Shown one piece after another: positions 47,691 to 57,496 of a DNA stretch of 64,000 nucleotides. The DNA is taken from the IMG/VR virus record IMGVR_UViG_3300024308_000018, positions 62,001-126,000 of that record; one strand, written 5' to 3'. How positions within the stretch are numbered: position 1 is the first letter of the stretch; the number at the start of each line of letters is the position of its first letter. The notes beneath the pieces are model-generated. The model worked only from the letters and a program-made list of their open reading frames with translations, did no database searches and had not been told where the DNA came from. A program made the translations under genes and the position numbers.

Positions 47691-48266
47691 ATGTGTAAGT
47701 TGATAACCGTACTAACCATGCTGTTCGTCGTGTCTATCGGAAGTGTGTCTGCCAGTTATGATTCCGAACCGCGAACGCCGTTGATATTGGCAAGCGACGT
47801 TGATGTCGTAGCCAGCTCCCCATCTCTCGCTGCTGCCTTGAAAAAGCAGCAGGCGAAGATTGAGGAAATCCAGCGCATACTCGACACCGACTATGCGAAG
47901 TACAAGAACAAGCCGCGCGATCTTGCAGCCTACGTCTACCACGCCGCGAGCTTGAACAACATTCCGCCCCGCCTGCTTGTGAACTTGATGGCGCGTGAAT
48001 CTGGATTCCGGCCGAACGCAAGATCCAAGTATGGGGCCATCGGCATTGCACAGGTAATCCCTCGACACTGGGACACCACCGCAAGCCGAATGCTGGACTA
48101 TCGCCAAGCGATCCATAAGTCAGCTGAAATCATTAGCTTCTATCGTGAGCGTTGCGGCGGTCTCCGTTGCGCGCTTCACAAGTACAACGTTGGGGAAGGC
48201 AACTACCGCAAAGGTAAACGCGCACCCCGTTACGTTGCTGCCCTCATGCGCAACGTTCATGTGTAA
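47691..48266 (+). CDS. lytic transglycosylase (SLT domain) with N-terminal signal/anchor
   Basis: LMARESGFRPNARS..GAIGIAQVIP...ALHKYNVGEG. Confidence 0.85.
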   Translation: MCKLITVLTMLFVVSIGSVSASYDSEPRTPLILASDVDVVASSPSLAAALKKQQAKIEEIQRILDTDYAKYKNKPRDLAAYVYHAASLNNIPPRLLVNLMARESGFRPNARSKYGAIGIAQVIPRHWDTTASRMLDYRQAIHKSAEIISFYRERCGGLRCALHKYNVGEGNYRKGKRAPRYVAALMRNVHV

Positions 48267-48377
48267 CTGAGTTTTATCCCGTGTTTGCCCGACAGAGTTT
48301 CATTGCGCTCTGCTCGGGCCTTTTTCGTTTCTGTGAGAAAATTTACCAAACGGATCCCACGAAATTCAGGAGGCACC

Positions 48378-49025
48378 ATGAGCGACATAGTAATCGGCGT
48401 TGTCGGTCGCAATCTAGTTGACGAACAAACGCGCTACGCGCCGGACGCGCTCGCCGTCTACGTGGCAGCCAACGCTGCACACCATATGCTGAACGCGATG
48501 TTCCCCGACCGCCTGCCGCGAGTCAACAAGCTCTATCCAGACGGCACGCTACCCATTTCGGTAGACAGCATTTCTTATCTCGGGCTGGGCAAGCGCCTCA
48601 AGTTCACCAACGGCGGGCCTTACCATTTGGCGTTGCTCGCAATGTCAGACGATGTGAAGTTCAACCCCTTCACTCCAAAGCTGCTGCGCGGCATGCCCGA
48701 CATGCTGGTGTTTCACGGCGACGAATTCACCGACCTGATCGACGACAGCGAGTTGCCAGCGCGCCGCATCATCAAGCAGACCATCGAGTGTGACCGCCGC
48801 GCCGTTGTCGAATCCGGCGAGCCCCTGTCACCGTCTGCTCTGCTCGCTCTGATATGTGCGGCGAGTCACGCACGGTCACCGATGAAGTTTGACCACCGCA
48901 TCATGCAGTGGATCGAAGGTGCGGACAGCAACGGACGCGAGCTGCAAAATTGCGTCTCCATAGAATGCGGAGTCAACGATCCTTGGCTACGCAAGTTTCA
49001 AGAAACTGGGCACTTTTATCTCTGA
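48378..49025 (+). CDS. hypothetical protein
   Basis: AGGAGG RBS. Confidence 0.65.
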   Translation: MSDIVIGVVGRNLVDEQTRYAPDALAVYVAANAAHHMLNAMFPDRLPRVNKLYPDGTLPISVDSISYLGLGKRLKFTNGGPYHLALLAMSDDVKFNPFTPKLLRGMPDMLVFHGDEFTDLIDDSELPARRIIKQTIECDRRAVVESGEPLSPSALLALICAASHARSPMKFDHRIMQWIEGADSNGRELQNCVSIECGVNDPWLRKFQETGHFYL

Positions 49026-49035
49026 GGAATTTATC

Positions 49036-49755
49036 ATGCACCCCGAACTCAAACACCTGATTACGAACCTGCCCAAACTTATCATCGCAGATTTCAATGT
49101 GCGCGCCGTGCCAGTCACGACTGACGTGGTATTCCCTCTGTCCGTGCCTGCAATCTTCGCCATCGTCCGTGAGGAATGTATGGCGCAAGCTGGCGTGGAT
49201 TCCGATTCAGTTCATTGCCAATCCTATGCCAAGGACGCACTCAACATCCGCTATAAACTGTATCGCACGGGCGCTAATAAAAACTTGTCTCGGCTGCTGC
49301 TTGAGGCGGTGCAGGCGGTGCTGGCAAGGATCGACCCTCAACTGCAAGTTGCGCTGTCTGCACTGCTACTGAGAACGAGCAGTGAGAGCGACATGATCAA
49401 GCTGCTTGGCGCACACTACGCCAATGACATGGATCGGGATCTTCCGCTCTACATTCAGTACGCGTTAAATTGGCATCGTAACTGGTGCGACTCAAAGCTG
49501 CCGAAGGGGATGGAGGGCACAGATTACCCCTACACTCACACCGAAGTTCCGGTGCTGACTTTCATGTACCTTATCGTAGGCCGTGCATCGGGCCGCGATT
49601 TGGAAACCAACAAGCCATGGGCAAAAGAAATCTCCGTGGTCGTGTACTCCAAGATGGAATGGCTTTCACCCACGGAAACTGAGATGCTGCGCATCAGCAC
49701 CAGCCGACTCGAACAACGCGACATCGAAAACGACTTCCTTAAATATTTCCTGTGA
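49036..49755 (+). CDS. hypothetical protein
   Basis: GAGGA RBS. Confidence 0.65.
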   Translation: MHPELKHLITNLPKLIIADFNVRAVPVTTDVVFPLSVPAIFAIVREECMAQAGVDSDSVHCQSYAKDALNIRYKLYRTGANKNLSRLLLEAVQAVLARIDPQLQVALSALLLRTSSESDMIKLLGAHYANDMDRDLPLYIQYALNWHRNWCDSKLPKGMEGTDYPYTHTEVPVLTFMYLIVGRASGRDLETNKPWAKEISVVVYSKMEWLSPTETEMLRISTSRLEQRDIENDFLKYFL

Positions 49756-49762
49756 GGCAATT

Positions 49763-50344
49763 ATGCGTGACATCAAACTCGAACTGACTTTCGCCCAACG
49801 TCAAAACGTGCTGGCTGCTCGTAAGCCTTACGAGAGCTTCAGCGAGACTTTGGATCGCCTGCTGCAAGAAATGCTGAACACCGTGCCCAAGGCCAACAAC
49901 GTTAAGGCGCTTCGTCGCAGCGACAAGCAATGGCGCATTCCCACCGAAGAGGGCAATCGCGAACGTGACTTCGAACTCTACGTCGAAGGCATCCGCAGCA
50001 TGGGCTTCAAGGATTCGCTTAAAAGTCTACGTGAGCAGTACGAAGACAGCCGCGAGTTCGAAGACGACGAACTCGCGAAAGACCCGCGCAGCTGGGAACA
50101 CGAAAGTGACGTGGATGACGATGTTGTCTACGGGCTGGTAATGAAGAAGCTCCGTGCTCGCCGCAAAGGCAACACATTCAAGCTCTATGACTTAATAGAC
50201 AAGGCTTGCCCGAAAGTTCACAGCCTGCCGGGGTCTGCTGGCCGTTCAGTCCTCGATTGCCTGCTGCAATCGCCGCAGTTTATGCGCAGCGTTCGCCACG
50301 TTGAGGGCCAAGGCTACTTCAACCTCAAACTGCAAAAGCTGTAA
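49763..50344 (+). CDS. putative DNA-binding protein (RHH-like N-terminus plus winged-helix-like C-terminus)
   Basis: IKLELT...YESFSETLDRLL; GNTFKLYDLI. Confidence 0.45.
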   Translation: MRDIKLELTFAQRQNVLAARKPYESFSETLDRLLQEMLNTVPKANNVKALRRSDKQWRIPTEEGNRERDFELYVEGIRSMGFKDSLKSLREQYEDSREFEDDELAKDPRSWEHESDVDDDVVYGLVMKKLRARRKGNTFKLYDLIDKACPKVHSLPGSAGRSVLDCLLQSPQFMRSVRHVEGQGYFNLKLQKL

Positions 50345-50353
50345 GGAGATGCT

Positions 50354-50782
50354 ATGAAGCTCGCCCTGCCCAACCTGCCGACTCTGGCAGTCCTCGAATT
50401 TGAATTCGCTGTCGACAGCGTAACGTGCCTCGTATTGGCAAACAACGGCGATCAAACTCTGATTACCCACGACGTCATAGTGGATTGCCTGCTTAGTCGG
50501 ATTGAGCGCCCTATTCTGTATAACCTGAGTGCTGCCCTGCGCGATGCCCCAAGTCTATCTGAGTCGACTCGACGACGTATGTCGGACGGCGTAACAACAC
50601 TGTCTATTGTGCAGACGCGCGTGCCCGAACTTAGCGAGCAGGATCAGCGCTTGCTGTGCCGAGCGATAGAGGGGGCACTGGATGGTATGCAGCACAAAGT
50701 TCAGCTGCGCATAGCCCAGCACGTCAAGCACGTGGGCCTAGCGGAAACGCGGGCCGAGCTGTGTGTTCCACAAGAGAAGTGA
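50354..50782 (+). CDS. hypothetical protein
   Basis: AAGGAG RBS. Confidence 0.6.
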   Translation: MKLALPNLPTLAVLEFEFAVDSVTCLVLANNGDQTLITHDVIVDCLLSRIERPILYNLSAALRDAPSLSESTRRRMSDGVTTLSIVQTRVPELSEQDQRLLCRAIEGALDGMQHKVQLRIAQHVKHVGLAETRAELCVPQEK

Positions 50783-50785
50783 GCC

Positions 50786-51133
50786 ATGACCAAACTTGTA
50801 ATTCCGCTTCGCGTTACCATTGAACTTGAACTCGCAATGCTCAACCTTGAGCACCTGATTACCTACGACGATCAGGTAACGCGTCAGCACATGGGCACCG
50901 CGCTTGTCATGTGTCTGGGGCGGGCCGCCCATAGTGGCGCATACGCCATCAGTGACGTAGTGCCCAACGTCTACCGCGACAGTCGCGAGTATTACGGCGA
51001 CTATCTGGACATTGCGTGCAAGGACGTGCACAAGATTGTGCGCCATTACCTGCAAAACATGATCAGCCGCAAAGTCCCTTCCTCCGAAGTTTGGGATGCG
51101 GTAGAGAAAGCCATTCAGAAACTGAATCTGTAA
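50786..51133 (+). CDS. hypothetical protein
   Basis: Tiles; CTGTAAAC lies at its stop. Confidence 0.6.
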   Translation: MTKLVIPLRVTIELELAMLNLEHLITYDDQVTRQHMGTALVMCLGRAAHSGAYAISDVVPNVYRDSREYYGDYLDIACKDVHKIVRHYLQNMISRKVPSSEVWDAVEKAIQKLNL

Positions 51134-51168
51134 ACAATCAACGTAACCCCTAACCAAAGAGAACTGAA

Positions 51169-51978
51169 ATGACTGAACCACGTTTCCCCCGCGCCGTTAT
51201 CCAAGAAGTTGAGCTGGCCGCCGAAATCATGTGCCACACCAGCACCAAGTACCAGCTGACCATGGAACAGGCGATTACGTTGATCGCCCATCGCATCAAC
51301 CAAGTTTGCAGCAACTCCGGCGGCCCCACCTCGTTAGTTGCCAGCGTACTGGCCGACGCCTCACTGACCAGTGAGCAGCAGATCGAAGTCTCCAACGTCA
51401 TGCAGTCCGCGATCATGGGAATGCAGACTAACACTCGCGTCCGCATCGAACTCGAAACCTTGCAGCGCGGCCTGCCCGACATCGTTGCAATGCTGATGGC
51501 CGACTTCCCGCTGCCGTTCCAAGTGTTCACCACTGACGGCGTTCCGTTGAGCGAGCGCCTGAGCCGTGCAACCGACGGCAGTGCCGCTTACGACATTCTG
51601 GCACCGCACGACATCCTCGTTACACGGGAGGCGCAATTCATCGGGCTGGGCTTCAAGTCCCGTATGGACTACCGCCAAGCAGCGTTGCTGCTGCCGCGTT
51701 CGGGCTTCGGTGTGAAATGGGGCTTCGCCTTGGTCAACACTGTTGGCCTGATCGACAGCGACTATCCCGACGAGTGGATGGCGAAAATCTACCTCAACGA
51801 AGTTGAGGGCGTACCGTTCCCCGAAGACGGCGGCCTGAAGATTCCGAAGGGCGAGCGTCTGGCGCAGTTTGTTCTGGCGCGTGTCGAACATCCTGAGATG
51901 GTACAGGTAACTGACGAGAGCGAGCTGCGCGCTACTGGCCGCGTCGGTGGCTTCGGCTCCAGCAACATTCACAAGTAA
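51169..51978 (+). CDS. dut: trimeric dUTPase with N-terminal extension
   Basis: GSAAYDI, PRSG, GLIDSDY, GERLAQ, R.GGFGSS motifs. Confidence 0.85.
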   Translation: MTEPRFPRAVIQEVELAAEIMCHTSTKYQLTMEQAITLIAHRINQVCSNSGGPTSLVASVLADASLTSEQQIEVSNVMQSAIMGMQTNTRVRIELETLQRGLPDIVAMLMADFPLPFQVFTTDGVPLSERLSRATDGSAAYDILAPHDILVTREAQFIGLGFKSRMDYRQAALLLPRSGFGVKWGFALVNTVGLIDSDYPDEWMAKIYLNEVEGVPFPEDGGLKIPKGERLAQFVLARVEHPEMVQVTDESELRATGRVGGFGSSNIHK

Positions 51979-52027
51979 CACGTAATGCGCTCACATCGTT
52001 GAGCGCATTTCTGTTTCCGGAGCCAAG

Positions 52028-52234
52028 ATGAAAACCTTATCTCAGAAGGCGGCCCGTGCATCGTTGGGCGAGCCCGCTACGTTTCGCGGTGGCGTGTACG
52101 TGACCACTAACGGAACAGCAACGCTTCACATAATGACTGCCGAAGAACGAGAGCTTGAACGCGCGAATATCCACCGAGAGCGCGCATTCGAAGTTAGACT
52201 CAAAACCTTGAAGGAAAGAGGTACGCCATGCTAG
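52028..52234 (+). CDS. hypothetical protein
   Basis: GGAG RBS, 68 aa. Confidence 0.5.
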   Translation: MKTLSQKAARASLGEPATFRGGVYVTTNGTATLHIMTAEERELERANIHRERAFEVRLKTLKERGTPC

Positions 52235-52339
52235 TAGCAGCAATCACTGATCATTCCTATACTTCGTCAGACGCCGTGGTGTTGGCTGACGGCACGTTAG
52301 ACTTCGCACTCAAGGCCGGATGGTAACAAGGAGAACCCT

Positions 52340-53176
52340 ATGTCCATAGCGAGACCGATTAGTATGCGCCACACTGCTTACTGCTGCCCGAAGTGTCACG
52401 GCCCGATCAGGCTAATGCCCAACGTAATGTCCGGCCCCGAGAACCATTACGCCTACTGCGGATCCTGTTACTGGATGCAGTGGAAGATTGTGAGCGACAC
52501 GGCCCTCGGCGCAATCACTGCATGGAATAAGGCGGTGTGCGAAGAGTCGGATACGAAGGGGCTGCCGCCAGCAGCGCTGCCTATTTCGGACGCCGCGATC
52601 ATTGACGCGTGCGCTCGCGTGCAGGGCTGGGTCAACTTCCCAAGCGATGGGGCGGAAGGTGCGCACACGTGGTACTTTGACGTGGATCGCGCACCGTTCT
52701 GTGAGTGCATCGACCAGATGTATTACGATCCTATCAAGCACGCACACCAAGCAAGCGATCTGGCTTTCGCACTTCGCATGCACCTACAATATGACGTTGA
52801 CCACGTTACGGCCACGACGCCAGAGCTGCAATGTCTCGGCGTTCACGTCACTGTCCCCGTGGATAAGTCCGACAAAGCGGCCTCGGTTGCCGGAAGCAAG
52901 GCGATGCAGCGCGCAGTCGCAACCGCTGCCGCACGCCATTTCCAACATGGCTTCCATCTGGCGAACACAGGCGACGTACAACTGGCCGCAGCACTCACAG
53001 ACGTTGCAACGTCCGACCTGCGGGCACGTGCGATTGCCACACGTACACCGTGCCCCACGTGCCACACCGAACAGGTTGAATTCATCGGTGTGCGCCCAGA
53101 GCCCAAAGGACACAACGCGTTCTGGCGCTGCCGACACTGCAAACACGCGTGGGAGCGTAAAATCGACGACGCGTAA
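52340..53176 (+). CDS. Lar-like Zn-ribbon plus phage ABA-sandwich-like multidomain protein
   Basis: CPKC...YCGSC...AITAWN; YDPI..AHQA..LA...RAVATAAA; C-terminal CPTC...CRHC. Confidence 0.45.
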   Translation: MSIARPISMRHTAYCCPKCHGPIRLMPNVMSGPENHYAYCGSCYWMQWKIVSDTALGAITAWNKAVCEESDTKGLPPAALPISDAAIIDACARVQGWVNFPSDGAEGAHTWYFDVDRAPFCECIDQMYYDPIKHAHQASDLAFALRMHLQYDVDHVTATTPELQCLGVHVTVPVDKSDKAASVAGSKAMQRAVATAAARHFQHGFHLANTGDVQLAAALTDVATSDLRARAIATRTPCPTCHTEQVEFIGVRPEPKGHNAFWRCRHCKHAWERKIDDA

Positions 53177-53209
53177 CCAAGGGCCTTCGGGCCCTTCTGG
53201 CGTTCTGGT

Positions 53210-53303
53210 GACGAAAACCGGACTAGCTAGATAGGGCCCCATTTGGTAAACTGTTTCTAAGGTGAGGGGATGTCCCGCACCATTCCCAAAGAGGAAACGA
53301 ACC
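53210..53303 (+). promoter_or_regulatory. conserved promoter plus leader element, copy 5
   Basis: GACGAAAACCGGACTAG...TTTGGTAAACT, hairpin GGTGAGGG-GATGT-CCCGCACC, CCCAAAGAGGA. Confidence 0.8.
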
Positions 53304-53846
53304 ATGATCACCATACTCAACGGCGAAGGCAACAACGACCTTCCCGCAACGCTGCGCCGTCGTTTTGAAAACACCAACTGGTTGAGCAACGATTCGTTCG
53401 CAGAGTTCGAACAAGAAGTTGCCGACTCCGGCCCCTGCACAATCTTCAACTTTGAAGAGGGCAGCAAGAAGCTGCTGATCGTACACTGCCACCGCAGCGA
53501 GGCCGTCTTGGTTATCAGCCGCGAAGGCATCCGAGCCAAGTTCCGGTCAACGACCATCTACCCGATCAACCTCGGCCAAGGTGCGCCGCGTTACATGGCG
53601 TTCGAGGCTCTGACACGTTGGCTGAAACTTAGCGGCTGGCTGCGCTGGAACCCGCGCCTGTATGCGCACTTCCCGCTGTTCTTTATCGCGACTCCGATGC
53701 AGGTTGATTACGCGATGCACGTAGAAGAAGTCGATGCCGAAGACTTCGACCCGAAGATTTATTTCGGCGACGAGAAGCCGACACTGCGCCAACGTTGGGC
53801 CCGCTTCCGCGACATCGCCAAGCTCTACGCCCCGAATCACGATTGA
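53304..53846 (+). CDS. hypothetical protein
   Basis: First gene after the leader; shares W.PRLY with the next gene. Confidence 0.65.
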   Translation: MITILNGEGNNDLPATLRRRFENTNWLSNDSFAEFEQEVADSGPCTIFNFEEGSKKLLIVHCHRSEAVLVISREGIRAKFRSTTIYPINLGQGAPRYMAFEALTRWLKLSGWLRWNPRLYAHFPLFFIATPMQVDYAMHVEEVDAEDFDPKIYFGDEKPTLRQRWARFRDIAKLYAPNHD

Positions 53847-53854
53847 GGTTCAGT

Positions 53855-54424
53855 ATGTACGAAATACGCAAGCCCCACATTGACTACCGCCCGAAGGGTG
53901 CAGGATGGAGAGAGTTTGCAGCGGCCGATGCGATGCGCAAATTCAACGAAACCACGCACCGCGACCAGTACGACATGGAAAAGCTACTGCACGCACTGTA
54001 CTACATTGGCGACGTTACAACGCTGCGGATTACGCACGACAAAAATGAAGTGCCGCACCTGACGGAAATCCTCAACGGCATTTACTTCGTCGACCACAGC
54101 ACGGGCAGCGTACTCTGTTGGGGCATCGAACATGACGGGGTTTTCGCGCTGCGCACACTCGGCACCTATTTCTTCGACGGCTGCATTGCGCCACTGAGTG
54201 ATGCCGACATTGCACGCATTCTCTGCTCCTGCGCCAGACAGCACGGTTTCTTTTTGTGGAGCCCGCGACTCTACACGCTGCCACCGCTTACCCTGTTTGC
54301 GGAAGAGGGGAGCAGCCGCCGTGCGTTCGCCCGCTACGTCAATCTGCTGACGTGGCCTACTCAATTCTGCAAGACAGGCGGCCACGCTGCCCGTGTATCA
54401 ACTGCCATGACAATAAGGAAGTGA
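53855..54424 (+). CDS. hypothetical protein
   Basis: GAGG RBS; WSPRLY. Confidence 0.65.
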   Translation: MYEIRKPHIDYRPKGAGWREFAAADAMRKFNETTHRDQYDMEKLLHALYYIGDVTTLRITHDKNEVPHLTEILNGIYFVDHSTGSVLCWGIEHDGVFALRTLGTYFFDGCIAPLSDADIARILCSCARQHGFFLWSPRLYTLPPLTLFAEEGSSRRAFARYVNLLTWPTQFCKTGGHAARVSTAMTIRK

Positions 54425-54426
54425 CC

Positions 54427-55509
54427 ATGAACATTTTAGACCGCAATGAAATCCAACGCATCATCGAAGATCTGGACTGCCGCGCAATGTCGGATCTCTA
54501 TCTCCATTCGACTGACGTTCACAGTTTTGTGATCGAAGACATCGAAGAGAAGGGGCGCTACATCCTGCTGCACGTTAACCACCACGCGCAGCATACGCTG
54601 TTGGTCATCGAGCAGGGCGGCACGACTGCCGGAACCCACTACACCAACTACGACAAGGTAATGTCGCTCGGTGAACTGCTGGGGCACGAACTGCACTCTG
54701 TGCTCGACCTGTTCCTCGGCGAGCACAACAACGATCCGGAAACGCAACGTCGCTTGCTCAAGAAAGTGGCCGACGATATGCTGGACGGCGGCCCCCTCTA
54801 CACTGGACTGTATGCACTGTTCGAGGCCACGGGCTCCAACATCAAGCCCACGGTTACGCCGAACCAGTTGGCGCTCGCCCTGCTGCACGGTATCGCGGAA
54901 GAGGAAGCGAAGAGCACCGAAGAATCTGATTTCAGCAAGCGTGCACGTGAAAGCGGATCCATCGGCGAGGTCGAGGCCAGCCCCGCGTGCGACGAAGAGA
55001 CGACAGTCGAGCTGGATGCCGAAGGCGAAGCGTCTCCAGAGACGTGGCAAGAGCGCGAACGTAAGCAGGCGGCAGCATTCGCTGCTGCCGTTACCCAATC
55101 GCGCCAGCGCGGAAAAGAAGCCGTCTCGCGGCTATGGCCCGCGCCGGAAATCAAGTTGACCACAACGCTGCTTCCGACTGCAAGCAAGCTCGCCAACTTG
55201 CTCATTGCCGACAGTGTGGCGGCGGTACGCTGCATCGACGTGCGCAGCGAAATCACCAACACGATCCCGAGCGTGACTGTTGCGTTCCACCCTGACCAGA
55301 CCACTGCCTTTATCATCATTGAGCATGTGGGCCAAGTAACGATCCATGCTGTTGACGCCGTGCACTACGCAGACGGCGACCGTGCGACGACACGCTGGGC
55401 CCCGCTCTACGAAATGCTGTCCGGTGTTACCGAAACCCAAGAGGTTACGAGCACCGTTCGCGAATACATCAAATGCCAAGTTGAACTCGGCACGCTAAAG
55501 AGTACCTGA
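54427..55509 (+). CDS. hypothetical protein
   Basis: AAGGA RBS, 360 aa. Confidence 0.65.
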   Translation: MNILDRNEIQRIIEDLDCRAMSDLYLHSTDVHSFVIEDIEEKGRYILLHVNHHAQHTLLVIEQGGTTAGTHYTNYDKVMSLGELLGHELHSVLDLFLGEHNNDPETQRRLLKKVADDMLDGGPLYTGLYALFEATGSNIKPTVTPNQLALALLHGIAEEEAKSTEESDFSKRARESGSIGEVEASPACDEETTVELDAEGEASPETWQERERKQAAAFAAAVTQSRQRGKEAVSRLWPAPEIKLTTTLLPTASKLANLLIADSVAAVRCIDVRSEITNTIPSVTVAFHPDQTTAFIIIEHVGQVTIHAVDAVHYADGDRATTRWAPLYEMLSGVTETQEVTSTVREYIKCQVELGTLKST

Positions 55510-55510
55510 T

Positions 55511-55945
55511 ATGAAAACATCCGAGCACACTACACGCACCGTCCGCCATTCAATCGTGACGGGCCCAGTCCCACCAAGCACCGCGCAGTTAATGGCGGTT
55601 GCGGCAAAGGGTCTGGCGGTGGCCGCCACCGCGCAGCAACGCGTTCACTACATCGGGCGTCTGCGCCGCCTGTACGCTATCGCCAAGGCCACCATGTGGA
55701 AAGAAAGCAACTTCGCTTTTGACTCGCGGCTGTTCCGTCACGTCGGGCACTTCTGCTATTGCGGCATTGACCCCGAGACCAACGAAACGCTGTGGATTGA
55801 CGAAGCGCAGAAGCGGGTGCTCTGGATCCCCTTCTACGAAACCGAACTCGAAATGGAATTCGACGCCAACGATGCGTGCGCCGATCCCAAGTTCCGTTAC
55901 CGCCGTTACCTGTACGCCAAGTTGCGGCCCCTGACAATTTCCTGA
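55511..55945 (+). CDS. hypothetical protein
   Basis: Tiles. Confidence 0.6.
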   Translation: MKTSEHTTRTVRHSIVTGPVPPSTAQLMAVAAKGLAVAATAQQRVHYIGRLRRLYAIAKATMWKESNFAFDSRLFRHVGHFCYCGIDPETNETLWIDEAQKRVLWIPFYETELEMEFDANDACADPKFRYRRYLYAKLRPLTIS

Positions 55946-55953
55946 GAGGCAAT

Positions 55954-56520
55954 ATGCGTTACTTCATTGAAGACCTGCAAGCCATGGCACTCGACCAGCG
56001 CGACCCGTTCGCGCTTTTCGTCAACGCGAAAGTCAACCGTGTCCCCAACAACGTCCGCACGGTTGACGACGCTTGGATCATCAACGTCCATGCCAGCACC
56101 GACCCCAAGGACATTCCGGATTACGTGAGCTACTACGCGACGCAAGACACACGCGACTGCATCCTTCGCAACGTGTACGCCGTGCAGATGGACGGACTAC
56201 TGCGCACGCCGAAGGGCAGCGCCACGTTCACCATCTACCGGATCGTGAATCGCAAAGACACGCGCTTCTTCCTCGTTCAGCATGAAGGCGACGAGATTAC
56301 CTATCACGTGTCGGAACATGGCGAGTGCCGAGTTACTACGCTGAACCAAGCACGTGACCGATTGACTTACATCGTCACGCAAGCCGACAACGGGATCTAT
56401 CAGCTGGCCGAAGTCATGGACTTCGACGCGCGCCAGCCGATTGAGAAAGACCGCATCGCGGAGATCGAAGCACGTTACCCGCTCACCAATTTTGACCCTG
56501 ACTACGGAGACCAATTCTAA
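55954..56520 (+). CDS. hypothetical protein
   Basis: GAGG RBS. Confidence 0.65.
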   Translation: MRYFIEDLQAMALDQRDPFALFVNAKVNRVPNNVRTVDDAWIINVHASTDPKDIPDYVSYYATQDTRDCILRNVYAVQMDGLLRTPKGSATFTIYRIVNRKDTRFFLVQHEGDEITYHVSEHGECRVTTLNQARDRLTYIVTQADNGIYQLAEVMDFDARQPIEKDRIAEIEARYPLTNFDPDYGDQF

Positions 56521-56723
56521 TGCACCCATCTTCCAAAGCCGCTGGCTCCTTCATCGAGGGCATGGTCGGGGCCATGACTGTCCTCGCCGTCTTTGCACTC
56601 ATTGGAGTTATCGCGCTACTTGCTGCTGCTGGCACTGCTCTGTACTTCTTTGTCATTTGGTCGTACCCGCACGTCCAGCAGTTGGCAGACCTCTTCACTG
56701 TCTGGTTGGTGGACAAACTATAA
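56520..56723 (+). CDS. small membrane protein
   Basis: TAATG coupling, hydrophobic. Confidence 0.55.
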   Translation: MHPSSKAAGSFIEGMVGAMTVLAVFALIGVIALLAAAGTALYFFVIWSYPHVQQLADLFTVWLVDKL

Positions 56724-56924
56724 TGCCTCCAAATCGTAAAGCCTCTGGCTCCTGTTTAGAAAACTTGGTCGAGGTCATGCATTCGTCGCTCACCTAGTCC
56801 TTATTGGACTTATCTTGCTTGTAGTCGCCATAGTTGGCGATGCGCTGTATCTCACTGTCGTGTGGATCGCTCCTTACGTCGAGCGGCTGTATGACGCCAT
56901 CATGCTATATTTTGGGGATACGTT

Positions 56925-57368
56925 ATGACAGACAAAAATAATCCGTTCGAATTTCCGCCCGCTGGCAAGGTGCGGTTTATCGACGTGCCCGATATTGAGC
57001 AGGCTGAAAAGCCCACGCTCCTGACCACTGGGTGGCACAAGCTCCAAGAAGTGCTGGCCGCGCAACCGCTGCCGAGAGTGTTTCATATCACGCACGGGCT
57101 TCCGGCACGTGACCCGCGCGGCGTCATGCAATTGCAGATCGGTGAAGCATACGCCTACATGGTAGAGCAGCGTTCACGGTTATGGGCCGTTGTCTACGAA
57201 GGCGGTTTCTGGGTAGCGCGCACTCTCGACGGGACATTCATTCAACGTTGGGGTGCTCCGCCGACTCGCCGACAACTACGCGACGCGAACCGCTTGCTGC
57301 AAGCGCAACGTCGATTGTCCGCACAACTCGCAGAGATTCAAAATGCCCAAGTACCAGAAAGCCACTGA
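56925..57368 (+). CDS. hypothetical protein
   Basis: 147 aa. Confidence 0.55.
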   Translation: MTDKNNPFEFPPAGKVRFIDVPDIEQAEKPTLLTTGWHKLQEVLAAQPLPRVFHITHGLPARDPRGVMQLQIGEAYAYMVEQRSRLWAVVYEGGFWVARTLDGTFIQRWGAPPTRRQLRDANRLLQAQRRLSAQLAEIQNAQVPESH

Positions 57369-57496
57369 GACCGTCTGGCGCACTTGTCAGCCACAACAAG
57401 GCCGCGTCGTTGCCCACTACCTGTCGCCTGACGACGCACGCATTCCCCACTATCCGACAACCGGATGTGAAGTTATCTACGAAGAGGAACAAACCG

